A DNA stretch of 64,000 nt from Octopus bimaculoides (lineage: Eukaryota). The first letter of the stretch is position 1; the number at the start of each line of letters is the position of its first letter. Positions 13,440 through 26,565 of the stretch are shown in pieces. The notes under the pieces are model-generated. The model worked only from the letters and a program-made list of their open reading frames with translations. It did not search any database and was not told the origin of the DNA. The position numbers were made by a program, and so were the translations under genes. The stretch covers positions 106,215,047 to 106,279,046 of the forward strand of contig NC_068981.1 in NCBI RefSeq assembly GCF_001194135.2. Direction: 5' to 3'.

Positions 13440-13875
13440 TTTAGTATTGGACATTTTATACCATGATGAGGATGTCAGATTTTGTACATGTTTGTGTATG
13501 TGTCTGAGTGTGTGTGTGTGTTTGCACGTTGATTACGTATGAGATACTAAAGGACATTTTATACCACGTTGATGACACCTCTATCATTCTCTCTTCTTTC
13601 TGTCTAGCATTTACTGTTGTAACAATACTGGTACAAAAGAATTATTACAGCTACTTTCATTGTATACACTCTTCTGTACTGGTGTATTTGTGTATACCAA
13701 CACATAAAGTGTTAGAAAGGCTGAAGGGTCAAACAAAAACGCTGTACTGGTGTATTTGCATATCAGTAAAAAACCATGTAACGATTTCTGGTACCAAAAA
13801 AATTATTACAGCTACTTTCATTGTTTACAATCTGCTGTACCTGTGTATTTGTATATCAGTAAATGACCATGCCTA
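13440..13875. repeat. Local imperfect direct repeats
   Basis: aattattacagctactttcattgt occurs at ~13641 and ~13801; cattttatacca occurs at ~13452 and ~13555. Confidence 0.7.
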
Positions 13876-14109
13876 GAAGGAAGGTGTCAAATTACACTAC
13901 AAGCAAAGTACTATATTGAGGCTACAGTTTACAACCTGAGTGAAACCGAGTCCTTCTGCTTGTATATGTAGATATAGTTTGTAGGTTAGAGACAGGTGTT
14001 CTCTATGTAGAATACACTTCAAAGTGCTCAAGAGATTTGAACTTGAGCTGGTAGATGAGTAACCAGCTGTTGGACTCAAACCCTAACTCCCCCCCCCCNN
14101 NNNNNNNNC

Positions 14110-15250
14110 CCCCATTTCATCCTGAAGGACCACAAACCCAACTTCTACTCTAAGCCTTCCATTCACCTTGTCTGTCCCATCAAATCTGACTTAGGTTGAA
14201 TTAGTAAATGCATTATTGACCATATTCTACCCCTTTTTAGAACTAACGTTAAGCTCCCACTCTCTTCATGATAAACAAAACACCCATTTCCTTCAGTTTG
14301 ACATCTCAAATTATTACTCATCAATATCACCAATTCTCTTAAAACCTTAATCCTCACCTGAAAATATGTTCCCATCTCCCAATTGGATATCAATATCATT
14401 CTGGCTGTGAGGAAAACTCTGAATCACTTTAAGGATAATAATTGGACCTGCAACTCATCTATGGATTACTTCGATATAATCATGGGCTCATTAAACTCAG
14501 CCCAGGTCGCCTACCTTGTGGACCTATTTCTTCTCTCCGAATGCTTCCCCAACCTATCCAGTGGACTATACAGGGATGACACACTCCTTTCAGCAACTGG
14601 ATTATCTCAACTTGGTAGAATGCACCAAGAAAGCCCTATACAAATTCATTAAAACCTACAACCGAGGTATTTCATTCAAAACTGACACTAGGGTGACCAA
14701 TTTCTTAGATGTTACTCTCAACTTAAACAGAAATCCATACCACTTTTTCCATAAACTCATCCTATCTTTACAATACATAAATGTCCTCTTTAATCACCCT
14801 AAACTTACTCTTAATAGTATAGTTACAGGCATATCTATCAGAATCTCTAACTTATCCACTAACAAAGAAATTTTTAACACTCATGCCCCTTATAATCAGC
14901 CCTCCAAATAAGTGGCTTCTGCAAAAAAATTTATTATATCCCCAACACTAAGCTTAAAACTAAAATAGCACATCTCTTCTCCAATACTAACCTTGAATCT
15001 ATGGACACTACTTCCACTCTACACCAATCCAACACCTCTGCAAAAAAAGAATAACCTCTACACATCTCACTTGACCACATCACTAGCCAACCCAAGCCTA
15101 TAACAACTACAAGTGCCCCCACTCCTGATCAGCCCACTACAACGACACATTCTAAACACTCTAGGCAGGAAGCATAAAATCTTAAGGTTTGTACCACTCT
15201 TCTCTCTCTAAGTTAAATCTTTACCTAAATTCTTCTAAAATTTAATTTTC
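14110..15250 (+). mobile_element. Penelope-like element, RT region (frameshifted)
   Basis: IMGSLNSAQVAYLVDLFLL, the catalytic GLYRDD, VTNFLDVTLNL and HPKLTLNSIV..ISIRISNLSTNKEIF are PLE RT and thumb motifs. Confidence 0.9.
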
Positions 15251-15254
15251 CACC

Positions 15255-15540
15255 ACTGCTATAGCCTTGGGCTGACCAAAGCCTTGTGAGTGGATTTGGT
15301 AAATGGAAGCTGAAAGAAGCCTATCGTATATATATCTATGTGTGTGTTTGTGTTTGTAGCCCCCCTACCACTTGACAACTGGTGCTGGTATTTGCAGCCC
15401 TGTAACTTAGTGGTTCAGCAAAAAAGGCTGATAGAATAAGTACCAGACTTTAAAAAAAGTTCTGGATTCGATTCATTCAACTAAAAAAAATTCAAGACTG
15501 TGCCCCAGCATGGCTGCAAGTCTAATGACTAAAAAAAAGA
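15255..15540 (+). mobile_element. SINE family B, 5'-truncated
   Basis: gaccaaagccttgtgagtggatttgg...gatagaataagtacc...ccagcatggc. Confidence 0.85.
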
Positions 15541-15572
15541 TATATCCACACACACACACACACACACACATA

Positions 15573-17940
15573 CAGTGATACTTTGCAGTATGAATTTAAT
15601 TCGTTCTATGACCGAGCTCGTTTTACAAATCAATTTTCCCCATTGAAATTAATTAAAATATAATTAATCCATTCCAGCTCCTACAAATCCACCCCCAAAT
15701 CATTTTTCATGGGTTTTAAAACACAAAAGGTGCAGCTACAAGGAACGTCACAATTATAATAACATAATAAAAAAGAATGCAAAAGAAATATGTAAACTGG
15801 TTTTATTAATTTAATTATCTTAAAGGTGGAATGGTTTGTGCATGAGGAAGACGATGGAGCAGGGAGGAGGAGGATTATTGCTTGAAAGGAGAATCTCCTT
15901 CCATTAAGAGCTCAGGATGAACAAATTTTGGTGTTTTCTCTCTCCCTTCACTTAATTTAGGCCACACTTTCTTCACTTTTCATGCTTGCAGGTCATTTCA
16001 TTAGAAACATATCAAGAGAAGTCTGCTTTTTCCTGCCTTTCAAAATGTTACAAAAATGTGCCAGAGCAGTGTCATTAAATAAAGCAGCTACTTTTTCAGG
16101 ATGACTTTTTTCTACAAATTCAGAAATATATTGCCATTTTGCCAACACTGCCTTTATGTCACTCATAGAGATAGCCTTCTCCACTACAATGTCCTCCTCT
16201 GGGGAACCAATCTCTTCCACTGCATCTGAATACTGCTGCTCCTGAAGCTGCAGGAGTTCATCTGTTGTCACTTCCTCTGAGTGTTCCTCGACGAGATCGT
16301 TAATGTCCCCATCATTAATCTTGAGCCCCATGGACTTGCCAAGAGACACTATTTCCTCGACTACAGGTGCCTCAGACTCAAACCCCTTGAAGTCTCTTTC
16401 AGATACACAGTCAGGCCACAGCTTCCACCATGCAGGATTCAGCATTCTCCTCGTTGCACCCTGTCAGGCCATATCGATGATCTTCAGGCAGTTAAGCTCC
16501 CGAAAGGTTAGATTTGTATTTTCTGACTTCGAAGCACCAATGAAACAAGGTTTGGTGTACGATTTCTTAAACTTAGAAATCACCTGTTACTCCATAGGCT
16601 GCAAGATAGGGGTGGTGTTGTGTGAAAGGTACAAAACTTTTATGAATTTAAATTCATCCAAGATATCATCTTTGAGGTTAGGAGGGTGAGCAGGAGCATT
16701 CTCAAGGATGAGGAGGGCCTTGAGAGGAAAGATCGTTCTCCAGAAGGCACTTTTTCACTGCTGGTCTGAAGACAAGGTTGACCCATTCGGTGAAGAATTT
16801 GCCTGGTGACCCAGGCCTCCACATGACTTGCAGCTTCTCCTTCAGGATTTTGTGTGACTTGAATGCTCATGGGTTAATCTTCAAGTCTCCACTCACATTG
16901 GCACAAAGGGTGAAAATTAGCCTATCTTTCATAGGCTTGTGGCCTGGCGTTTTCTTCTCCTCTGCAGTTATGTTGGTTCTTCTGGGCATTTTTTTCCAAA
17001 AAAGCCAGTTTCATCACAGTGCCCCTGGTTGCAATGAGTTGTCAGAATTCATGCACGAAATCCTCAGCTGCCTTTGTGTCAGAACTTGCTGTTTCTCCTC
17101 ATCTGACGATGCTATGAACACCAGTCTTCTTGAAATTATCAAACCAGCTGCAACTGACCTTAAATGTGTCTGCTGATGTCTCCTCTGTCGATGTTCCAGG
17201 GTCCTGCTTTAGCACATTTTTGTAACATTTTGAAAGGCAGGAAAAAGCAGATTTCTCTTGATATGTTTCTAATGAAATGACCTGCAAGCATGAAAAGTGA
17301 AGAAAGTGTGGCCTAAATTAAGTGAAGGGAGAGAGAAAACACCAAAATTCAAGGGATTCCCATACACTGCTCGTGCCTCCTCACAGATGATGGTATCCAT
17401 AATCGTACCCCCTGCGAACAATTTTTCCATCTCTTTATAGACAGATTACATTGCTTGGATAGCCTGGAGACACCCTTTGCTGTTGTAATGGCCTTGATCC
17501 CATCCTTTTTCTTCAGGATGGTGTAGATCGTCGAATTGCTTCGGTTGTATTGATGTGCTTTGTCTATTACACACTCTTCTTTCATATTTATCAATGATTT
17601 CCTTCTTCAAATCTATTGTAATCAGCTTTTTCTTCTTCTCAGCACTGTCCTTTGCATTAACCTTTTTAGGACTCATGGCTAACACAACTAATTATTATAA
17701 AATAATAGCAAACAACACAAAATTAAAAAGAAACACTAGGAAAAACACAATAAGGATGCTGCTACAAGGAGATAAACACATGAACTGAGCAATTAGAGGC
17801 TGTGCTTGTTGGGAAAGTGTGTGTGCAAGCTCAGCACCAACTTGCTGTAGTTTGTATGAAACTCGCTCAAACTACCGATTTCCACTTGTACTTAAAAACA
17901 AAAATTCACATGTGCCTTGTCTTGTACAACAGTGCATTTG
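15573..17940 (-). mobile_element. Tigger/pogo DNA transposon, transposase pseudogene at 15993-17685
   Basis: N-terminal MSPKKVNAKDSAEKKKKLITIDLKKEIIDKYE (CENP-B-type HTH), FKVSCSWFDNFKK, and C-terminal AWWKLWPDCV...KGRKKQTSLDMF; many stops and frameshifts. Left end ta-cagtgatac; right TIR is poor. Confidence 0.9.
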
Positions 17941-17971
<31 letters not shown>

Positions 17972-17986
17972 GCACACACATTTTTA

Positions 17987-18272
17987 GGAAGTCAAAAGTT
18001 ATGGCTGGTCATAGAGTGACCGTTGGTTTTGCACCTATAAAGCGGTATAGGTAATTCGTCAGACTCAAATGGCTGAAGGTATGTAACCACTCTATAACAA
18101 GAGGAAGAAAAAACGTAAAGACCAAACCAAGTGACTGTTGCATTTTTCTTCCTCTAGTTGTAGAGAGGTTATGCACCTTCAACCATTTGAGTCTGACCAG
18201 TTGCCTATACTGCTAAGTGCTTTATAGGTGCAAAGCCATTGGTCACTATGACTGGCCATAACTTTTGTCTTC
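17987..18272. mobile_element. Foldback MITE with ~130-bp arms
   Basis: ggaagtcaaaagttatggctggtcata... pairs with ...tatgactggccataacttttgtcttcc; near-palindromic throughout. Confidence 0.85.
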
Positions 18273-18274
18273 CA

Positions 18275-18321
<47 letters not shown>

Positions 18322-18688
18322 GAGAGAGAGAGATTGATTGATAGATAGGTAATATGTGTGTGTATATATATATATATATATAGATGATGATGATGATATA
18401 TATGTGTGTGTGTAAACATATATATATATATATACGTAGATATCAAACAGTGAGAATGAGTGCTCAACACTGCATTGGTGGATGAAATTCCTTTATTTGC
18501 GCATTAAGGCTACCATTGGTTTCATGTTAAGAAAATATCTTAATATCTTTACAATTTTTCAAGCTGATCACATAGAGGACTGGTGTTTGTCTCCATTTTG
18601 GATAAAACACAAAAATTCATAGGAATTCCCAATAAAGTCTCATTAAAAAAAACAACAATAAGAAATGAAGGGGTGCTACACTTGGATA

Positions 18689-18841
18689 GGTATAGGTAAT
18701 TCGTCAGACTCAAATGGCTGAAGGTATGTAACCACTCTATAACAAGAGGAAGAAAAAACGTAAAGACCAAACCAAGTGACTGTTGCATTTTTCTTCCTCT
18801 AGTTGTAGAGAGGTTATGCACCTTCAACCAGTTGCCTATAC
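18689..18841. repeat. Duplicate of the centre of the 17987-18272 foldback
   Basis: About 140 bp identical to 18044-18185, followed by a small deletion at an ACCA microhomology. Confidence 0.9.
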
Positions 18842-19257
18842 TTTTGCGTGATTATCCCCCTTTGGTTAGACTTTTGGGGTAAAAACTGTGTTGAATGATG
18901 AATTTGTTTGTATTATATTATATTCTGGGTATGTGTAATGTTTTATATGTTTGTGTGTTAAGGGAGTTCATCATGAGAGCTTGTATCTTTTAGGTGTGAA
19001 ATTTGTATGGTGTATAGATTCAATGTTCATGCTCAGGGAAAAAATCCCTTCATATATAATTTCATATACATATATATTTATATGAATGTGTATACTGACT
19101 TGCTCATGTGCATGTTTGTGTGAGTGTTAGGATATGTCAGTATATGCATTGATATATGTGTGAGGGTCTGTATATGATACATGCATAGATATGCTAATCT
19201 CAACCCTGGTTTGGTGTCATTATTAAAATACCTTGATTCAAATGAATCCTACAAATG

Positions 19258-19291
<34 letters not shown>

Positions 19292-19296
<5 letters not shown>

Positions 19297-20767
19297 ATGA
19301 GTACAGTGAAGAATTCCAGGTAGAGGTAGGGGTGCACCAAAGTTTAGTCCTCAGCTTCCGCCTATTTACCATAGTCCTCCAGGCAATAACATGGGAATTC
19401 AAGACAGGTTACCCCTGGGAGGTCCTCTATGCTGATGACCTTGCCCTAATTGATGAGTCACTATCAGAACTAAAGGAGAAGTTTCAGGTGTGGAAGCAAG
19501 GATTAGAATCGAAGGGCTTTAGAGTCAACCTAGCTAAAACCAAAGTAGGAAGGTAGACAAATCACAAACCCCTTCAGGAAGATGGCCCGGCTCGATCTGT
19601 AGAAAAGGCATAGGTAAAAACTCTGTAAGATGTACCCAGTGTAAGCTATGGACACATAAGAGGTGCAGCAATATCAAAGGGAGGCTAACTAGGAAGATAG
19701 TTTTTGTATGTGGCAGATGCTCAGGAGAAATAAACATTGAAAATGTGCAGAGAACAAGTTCTGCCACATTCCAGGGAGAAAAAACTAGAAGTAGTTGATA
19801 GCTTCTGTTACCTAGGTGACCAAGTCAGTAGTGGGGGAGGGTGCACTGAAAGTGTAGCTGCTAGAATAAGAATAACCTGGGCAAAGTTCAGAGAGCTCTT
19901 ATCTCTGCTGGTAACGAAGGGCCACTTGCTCAGAGTAAAAGGTAGACTGCATGATGCATGCGTACAAACAGCCATACTACATGGCAGTGAAACATGGGCA
20001 TTGACTGCTTAGGACATGCATAAGCTCGTAAGGAATGAAGCCAGTATGCTCTGATGGAGGTGTAATGTCAGTGTGCATACTCGGCAGAGTGTAAGTACCT
20101 TGAGAGAAAAGTTGGACCTAAGAAGCATCAGATGTGGTGTGCAAGAAAGATGATTGTGCTGTTATGGTCATGCAGCGAGAATGGATGAGGATAGCTGTGT
20201 GAAAAAGTGCCACAGCCTAGTGGTTGATGGTACCTGTGGAAGAGGTAGTCCCAGGAAGACCTGGGATGAGGTGGTGAAGCACAACTTTCGAACATTAGGC
20301 CTCACCGAGGCAATGACTTCTGACCGAGACCTTTGGAAATATGCTGTGCATGAGAAGACCCTGCAAGACAAGTGAGACCATAACCTGTGGCCTTTACCAG
20401 GTTTGTAGCCAGCCCACTTATGCGTACCTTTCCTTCTTTGGACACAAAACTCTGCTTGCGAAGACCTTTTGAGGCAAGTGAAATCAAAATCGAAATTGAA
20501 CCAAATTCGATGACTGGCACCCATGCCAACCTTCCTACATTGGACACTAAACTCAACTTGCAAAGACTTGTTGGGGCAAGTGAGATCAAAACTGAACCAA
20601 ATTCGATGACTGGCGCCTGTGCCAGTGGAGTGCTAACAGCACCATCCGAGTGTGATCACTGCCAGAGCAGTGGTCTCGCTTCCATGCTGGTGGCACGTAA
20701 AAAGCACCATTTGAGCGTGATCGTTTCCAGCTTCGCCTTACTGGCACTTGTGCCGGTGGCATGTGAA
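19292..20767 (+). mobile_element. 5'-truncated RTE-clade LINE (RT C-terminus plus 3' UTR)
   Basis: EVGVHQSLVLS, EVLYADDLAL, VDSFCYLGDQV, HGSETWALTA, GRGSPRKTWDEVV; few stops. The 3' UTR ends at the MITE at 20768. Confidence 0.95.
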
Positions 20768-21012
20768 CAATGAAATTCCAACATAGTCTGATTTTCACAT
20801 TTTATTATTTGAAATTTTTACAATTTTACATTATTATAATAATAGAATATTATATATTTATTGTGATAAAACTAGTACTTTCATGCATTATGCAATCATC
20901 AGGTTTATGTAGTAGTAGTGACAGTCATGTTCCACAATTATTATAATATTGTAAAACTGTAAAAATTGTAAATAATAAAACGTGAAAATCAGACTATGTC
21001 AGAATTTCATTG
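20768..21012. mobile_element. AT-rich MITE with ~80-bp TIRs
   Basis: caatgaaattccaacatagtctgattttcac ... gtgaaaatcagactatgtcagaatttcattg. Confidence 0.85.
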
Positions 21013-21084
21013 ATTAATATATTCTTCTATACACAATCATACAAACATATATAAATGTATACAGATCTCTGTGTGTGTGCAATA

Positions 21085-21125
<41 letters not shown>

Positions 21126-21840
21126 ATATCAAAGAATCGATTTTGCCTTACATTCGAAAATAGGAAAGTAAGCAGATAGCCCATGTTATACAGAAAGGAG
21201 ACAGCTTTCTGTAAATCAGCCACAAAACACCATTTGTACACAACTACTCAATCAAAACAAATCTGGGTATGAATGATTGCAATTTCAAGAAAAACTGTCT
21301 CAATTACACTCCATAGGTTTTGTACATTTATATTAACAGATTCGAGAGTTTGGGCAGTCAATAACTGTCGGATATCTTCTCAAAGAGAAATGAATAGATA
21401 TTGAATAAGAGAATATCGAATTATGGCACTAAATTATCTCCTATATTTTGCTTACTGATCTATTCTTCAGATAATACAGTTAATTGCAGAACTTTCTCAT
21501 CACTAAATTACTCTCTTGTTAGCTATATCTATGTTGTTATCATCTCTTGAGTTGCTGTGCCAATGACTCTATGATATTATAATACATTTTCCAATTTGAG
21601 GAGTTTTCTTTGGGAAGTATTTACATAGACTAACACATAAATATTTGTCTATATTATGAGTGTATGTATTTTCTTTTCTTTTCTTTCTTTATTGTACAGT
21701 TAAAAAGTGTCTTTTATGTGAGAGCATTTTATATATATATGATACAAAATAATGAGTGTGCATGTATACACAGGATATATTCTATAAACATCTTGAGTTA
21801 TTAGGCATTCTTTTTGTAGCCTCTTGACTGAAGATCATAG

Positions 21841-23105
21841 TACGAAGGTCAGCTGCAAAGTTCACTGGCTGACTAAGATACTCTCATGGAATGTGACCAA
21901 ATGTGTTTTTTTTCTCAACATAGTCCCCTTTGTAACCTCCACACTTCTTCTATCAGTGTTGCAGTGCTTGGATCCCATTAGTGAAGTCACATTCATCCTG
22001 TTGGTCAAAACAGTCATCGAAAATAGATGTCATCATCACTGTGATGCTGGTATCCAGCCAAGTGTTGTTTCATGCTGGGGAACAGATGATAGTCAGATGA
22101 GGCCAAATCAGGAGAATAAGGAAAGTGATCAACCAGTTCAAAGCTACAGTGACACAGTAGCCACTGAAACTAAGAGCTTGTGTGCTAGAGCATTGTCCTT
22201 ATAAAATAAGACCCCTTTCATCAGTTTTCCTAGGCACTTGGTCTTGATAGCCTTTCATAACTGCCTCAGTAAGTGGCATAGTATGCTCCATTGATGGTTT
22301 AGAACTTTTCAAGATAGTTAATAAACACAATGCCTTTTGCACTCCAAAAGACTGAGGCCATCACCTTCCCTGTAAATGAACTGATCTTGGCCTTCTTTGG
22401 AGCAGGTGAGGTGAGGTGTTTCCACTGTGTGGATTGTCTCTTTGTTTCTGTCTCATAGTGATGAACACAACACTTATCCTGGGTTACGAATTGTTCAAGG
22501 AAGCCAGTTGGATCTGCCTTGAAACACTGTTAGATTTTCCTCTGATGTCATCAGCTTGGTGTGCTTTTTATCAGGTGTCAGAAGATGTGGTACCCACTGA
22601 GTAGAAACCTTTATCATACAAGTTCAATGAGCAGAATATTTTCAACGCAAGGATATGCTAATAGCACCAGCCATTTGATTTATAGTCAATCATCTATTAT
22701 CCATCACCATGTGGTGAACATAGTCAATGTTTTCCTCGGTAGTGGAAGTTGTAGGACATCCAGATGTTGGGTCAACTTCAGGACTCTTCCTTCCTCTTAG
22801 AAATTCAGCTGCCCACTTTTGCATTGCTGATAAAGCTGGAGCATCATCACCTAATGTAGTAATCATGTCTGAATGTCCCTTTCTCTGCAGGTACTTGATA
22901 ACACCATGAGGCCAAATTTTGTTCATTTTCAAGGGAAGTTGCAGCTAGTTACTATTGAAGTCTTCTTTGAACAGTCAGATGTCAGTTTACCTGAAAAGAA
23001 ACAATACAGTTATTAATAAGTGTTGAAATTAATGCATGCAAGATTTCATAGCTCTAGCATCACCCCTTCATAGTCAACCTATGAACTTTTCAACCCATCC
23101 ATGGA
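21841..23105 (-). mobile_element. mariner-family transposon, near full length, decayed
   Basis: HTH region GVIKYLQRKG...QKWAAEFLRGR; remnants of QDNAPAH, HPPYSPDLAPSDY and KKCVDRKGDYVEK regions across frames; related TIRs (aaagttca..ggctgact) at both ends. Confidence 0.9.
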
Positions 23106-24184
23106 GGTTCTCTGTTAGCTTCAATAATGAGCAATCTGTTGTTTGAATATATTAACCTTTAACATGACTCTCAGACTAAATCATTATGTTATGTTATGAT
23201 AAGGCTGGATCTTTGATTTACAGGTGCAATCTAGAAAGGGGAGGGAGAGAGGAATTGATTTGATACTGGTCTAATACCTAATTTATTGAATTAAAGTTAA
23301 CCTTGGCAGGATTTGAACTACAATGCATAGAGATGGAATGAATACTACAAGATATTTTATCAGATGCGATAACAGTTCTGTTAGTTTGCCAAATTTCTGA
23401 AATCATAATAATTTCAGCACCTTCTGATAGTATTGCTCTCTCTTTCTCTCGAGCCATGCCAAGCAACATTGATTAACCAGAGAATCTCCAGTTTTTTCAT
23501 CTCTATCAAAATATGATGTTTTCTGCTTACATCTATTCATTATATACAATGTTACCAGTGCAAACCATAGGGGCAAATGTAACCGTACAAACCAAGCAGT
23601 TAATTGTTTTTTGTATTTTCTTTTATATCAGTTTCATTTTAAATCTCACAAAGGATAATTCCTTCTTTGCTTTTGGATAACCAGAGAAATGTTCTTTGTT
23701 CTTATCTTCTCTATTTCTTGTTATGCTGCCTTTAATTCTAAAACCAGTAAGGTGAAACAAGGATGTAGCTATAATTTTATGGAATTGAACTCTACTGAAA
23801 ATATTGTGCCTCTCTCCAATGCAGGAATCAAGATCTAGGGGCTCTTGGGCTGCATGCAACCCTTTGTTTTTTAGTATGACATATATTTCAAAAGCAATAT
23901 GAAGTTAACTTTTTGCATAATCTTTAGGAATCTCTCTGTTAAGTCAAACATTTTATTTTTTTCTGTCATTCACTTATGCTTTGACTTGAACAAGTTTTCA
24001 TAATTTACTTAATGTTTATTNNNNNNNNNNNNNNNNNNNNNNNNNNNNNNNNNNNNNNNNNNNNNNNNNNNNNNNNNNNNNNNNNNNNNNNNNNNNNNNN
24101 NNNNNNNNNNNNNNNNNNNNNNNNNNNNNNNNNNNNNNNNNNNNNNNNNNNNNNNNNNNNNNNNNNNNNNNNNNNNNNNNNNNN

Positions 24185-24251
<67 letters not shown>

Positions 24252-24254
24252 CAC

Positions 24255-24789
24255 ATGCATATATGGGTACATGAGGCCATCAACAGCAAACAACATGAAA
24301 CATGAAAACAAATGAGTCAAATATGCAAACAACAAGAGAAAAAATGGAAAAAGGACAAGTAACACAAAGAACGACCCTTCATCAGTTGTTGGCTGTCTAT
24401 CTACTCATTTTGAGCACTGAACGATAATATGAGTCTTTGAAGAAAGTTGGTCCCGTAAATACCAAAATAAAATTTTAGATGTATGGAGGGTCAAAGTTGG
24501 GAACAAAAACAGGACAGTGGAGACATACAAGGAAACCAAATGAAAACAAACATGGAGGGTCTTTAGACCAGAATGAAGGTAAAATAGCAAACACTGGAGA
24601 AATATTTTCTTTGAAAAGAGAGAAGATAGATGACATCCAGTCATTAGGACGTCGTGCAGGAAAAGAAAGATTGTCATGTGAGGAAAAGAAACATGGACAA
24701 TGGTCATGTGTGAGCAATGGGAGAGAGAAAAAGAGAGAGACATAGAAAACGGTGAAGGGGAGAAAAAGGTGGCATGCTGTACCCGTATA

Positions 24790-24848
<59 letters not shown>

Positions 24849-25187
24849 TTCAAATGTACAGAAAACAAAAGACAGACACAAGGGAAGGAAGAACAAGCAA
24901 GTGTATTAGTTTGATAATTGGGAAAAATGGAACAGTCTTTGACGTTTTGTGCATATACCTTTTGACAGAAAGGGATGAGAAGAAAAAAAATGGAGAGAGA
25001 GAGAAAGAGAGGGAGGGAGAGAGACAGGAAAGAGAAAGAGAAAGATAGAAATGGAGAAAGAAAAATGTGTCAAGATTAATGGTTCTATATGCTATACACA
25101 AAAATAATAAATTTGTATTCTATAAAAGTATAGAGAACCCATCAGATTAATGTAAAATTGCTTTTATTATAACTGAGCATAAAAACA

Positions 25188-25190
<3 letters not shown>
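24255..25190 (-). mobile_element. Penelope-type terminal-region (pLTR-like) fragments
   Basis: 24255-24790 is similar to 40340-40860. The 24845-24975 part resembles 41050-41160, which lies downstream of a GIY-YIG remnant, and includes a hammerhead relic. The Penelope assignment of the first part is inferred. Confidence 0.6.
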
Positions 25191-25232
<42 letters not shown>

Positions 25233-25233
<1 letters not shown>

Positions 25234-25657
25234 CAAGTAAAGTTAATCGCCACCTCAGTATGGCAGTTTGATGTTACTATTGTTTTAACCTAAGGCAGAT
25301 CTTCCACCAGCTGGTTATAGGTGCAGCCTGCACCCTGTATATATTGCAAGCAGGGGAGTAAACCCTCACCATCCTCCAGCAGACAACAGGATTGCGAGAC
25401 TAACTTACTTTTAGGCTATTTCTTGTCATCACTTTAGCAGTTGGGGGTTCACAACTGAGGATGAGCAGAAACAGCCTGAAACCAAGTTGGTCTCGCAATC
25501 TCATCATCTGCTGGGGGATGGTAGGGGTTTGTTCCCCTGCATACAATATATACAGGGCACAGGCTGCAATTATAGACAGCTATTGGAAGACCTGCCTAAG
25601 GTTAAAACAGTAGTAACATTGAATAACCATATTAATGTGGCGATTAACTTTACTTGT
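25233..25657. mobile_element. Foldback (palindromic) element with central hammerhead-like cores
   Basis: acaagtaaagttaatcgccac ... gtggcgattaactttacttgt; arms of ~200 bp close on cagttg-ggggttca-caactg. Confidence 0.9.
25455..25492 (+). ncRNA. Degenerate type I hammerhead ribozyme motif
   Basis: CUGAGGA-ugagc-agaaaca-gccu-GAAA-CCA-agu-UGG-UC. Core, stem III and NUH site are intact; stems I and II are imperfect. Confidence 0.5.
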
Positions 25658-25704
25658 CAGTATAGTTACTACTCTAATCTCTTATTGAAATTTTCTGACT
25701 ACTT

Positions 25705-25875
25705 TGCTTATATATGTATGCATGCACACACATACATACACACACATACACACACATACACACATGCATGTGCACACACATGCACGTGCACACACATGCA
25801 CGTGCACACATGCACGTGCACACACACACACACATGCATGCACACACGCACGTGCACGCACACATGCACACACAC
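25705..25875. repeat. Cryptic purine-pyrimidine alternating microsatellite (CA/CG/TG)
   Basis: cacacatgcacgtgcacacacatgcacgtgcac... Confidence 0.9.
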
Positions 25876-26139
25876 AATTTGGGTATAAACCTTGTAGTTT
25901 GCATTACAAAGCTTGTCTACAGGAATTGGCTAACAAATGCTATTATACAGTGAGATTGATCATATTGCTAGTTATACATCTGGAATTCTGTAATATCCAT
26001 AGTTTACACAAAAAATGAAAAATAGAAAACTGATTGAGCAACATGCTTTATTGCATCACACTATGATTGTTTCAACATCAACTCACCAGTAGAAACATTG
26101 CTAAAGCATTATATAAAATATAAATTAAAACATCATTCA

Positions 26140-26452
26140 TTATTATTATTATTATTATTATTATTGCCTTTACACAGCTTCTAACACTGGAGATCTACTA
26201 CAGTGTCAGCTATTCACTACCAGCTGACACCTTCGGGAGTATTTGAGCAGTTCCAAGCAGTACTGTTTTCTGCAAGTGCTCCACCCTTATTGCAGCCCCT
26301 ATTTGTTCCATGTATTTCTTGAGATTTTTGCTCACTGTTCCCAGAACTCTGACAATATTATACTACTGATACCTTTTTCATCGACCACAACTGTTTAACT
26401 TTCCAAGCTAACTTGTCATATCTCTCAACTTTTCTTTCTTCCTTATCACATA
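26140..26452 (-). mobile_element. 3' end of an RLE-type (R4/Dong-like) non-LTR element with (TAA)n tail
   Basis: KVERYDKLAWKVKQLWSMKKV and frameshifted GALGT/LQKTALLGTA-like remnants. Confidence 0.8.
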
Positions 26453-26464
26453 CATTGTTGTCAG

Positions 26465-26565
26465 CGGGGGTCGATAAATTAAGTACCAGTTGCGTACTGG
26501 GTTGATCTAATTGACTGGCCCTCTTTCACAAAAAATTTCAGGACTTGTGCCTATAGCAGAAAAGT
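26465..26565 (+). mobile_element. SINE family A, 3' part
   Basis: ggggtcgataaattaagtaccagttgcgtactggg. Confidence 0.75.

Noticed and set aside
21335-21500. Weak inverted repeat
   Set aside because: Too degenerate to define ends; probably an old MITE.
23688-23837. 49-codon plus-strand ORF with a hydrophobic start (MFFVLIFSISCYA...)
   Set aside because: Short, no processing motifs or other support; expected by chance in AT-rich DNA.
24005-24365. ORFs made of YI/CV/HT repeats or X runs, here and throughout the track
   Set aside because: Translations of microsatellites and assembly gaps.
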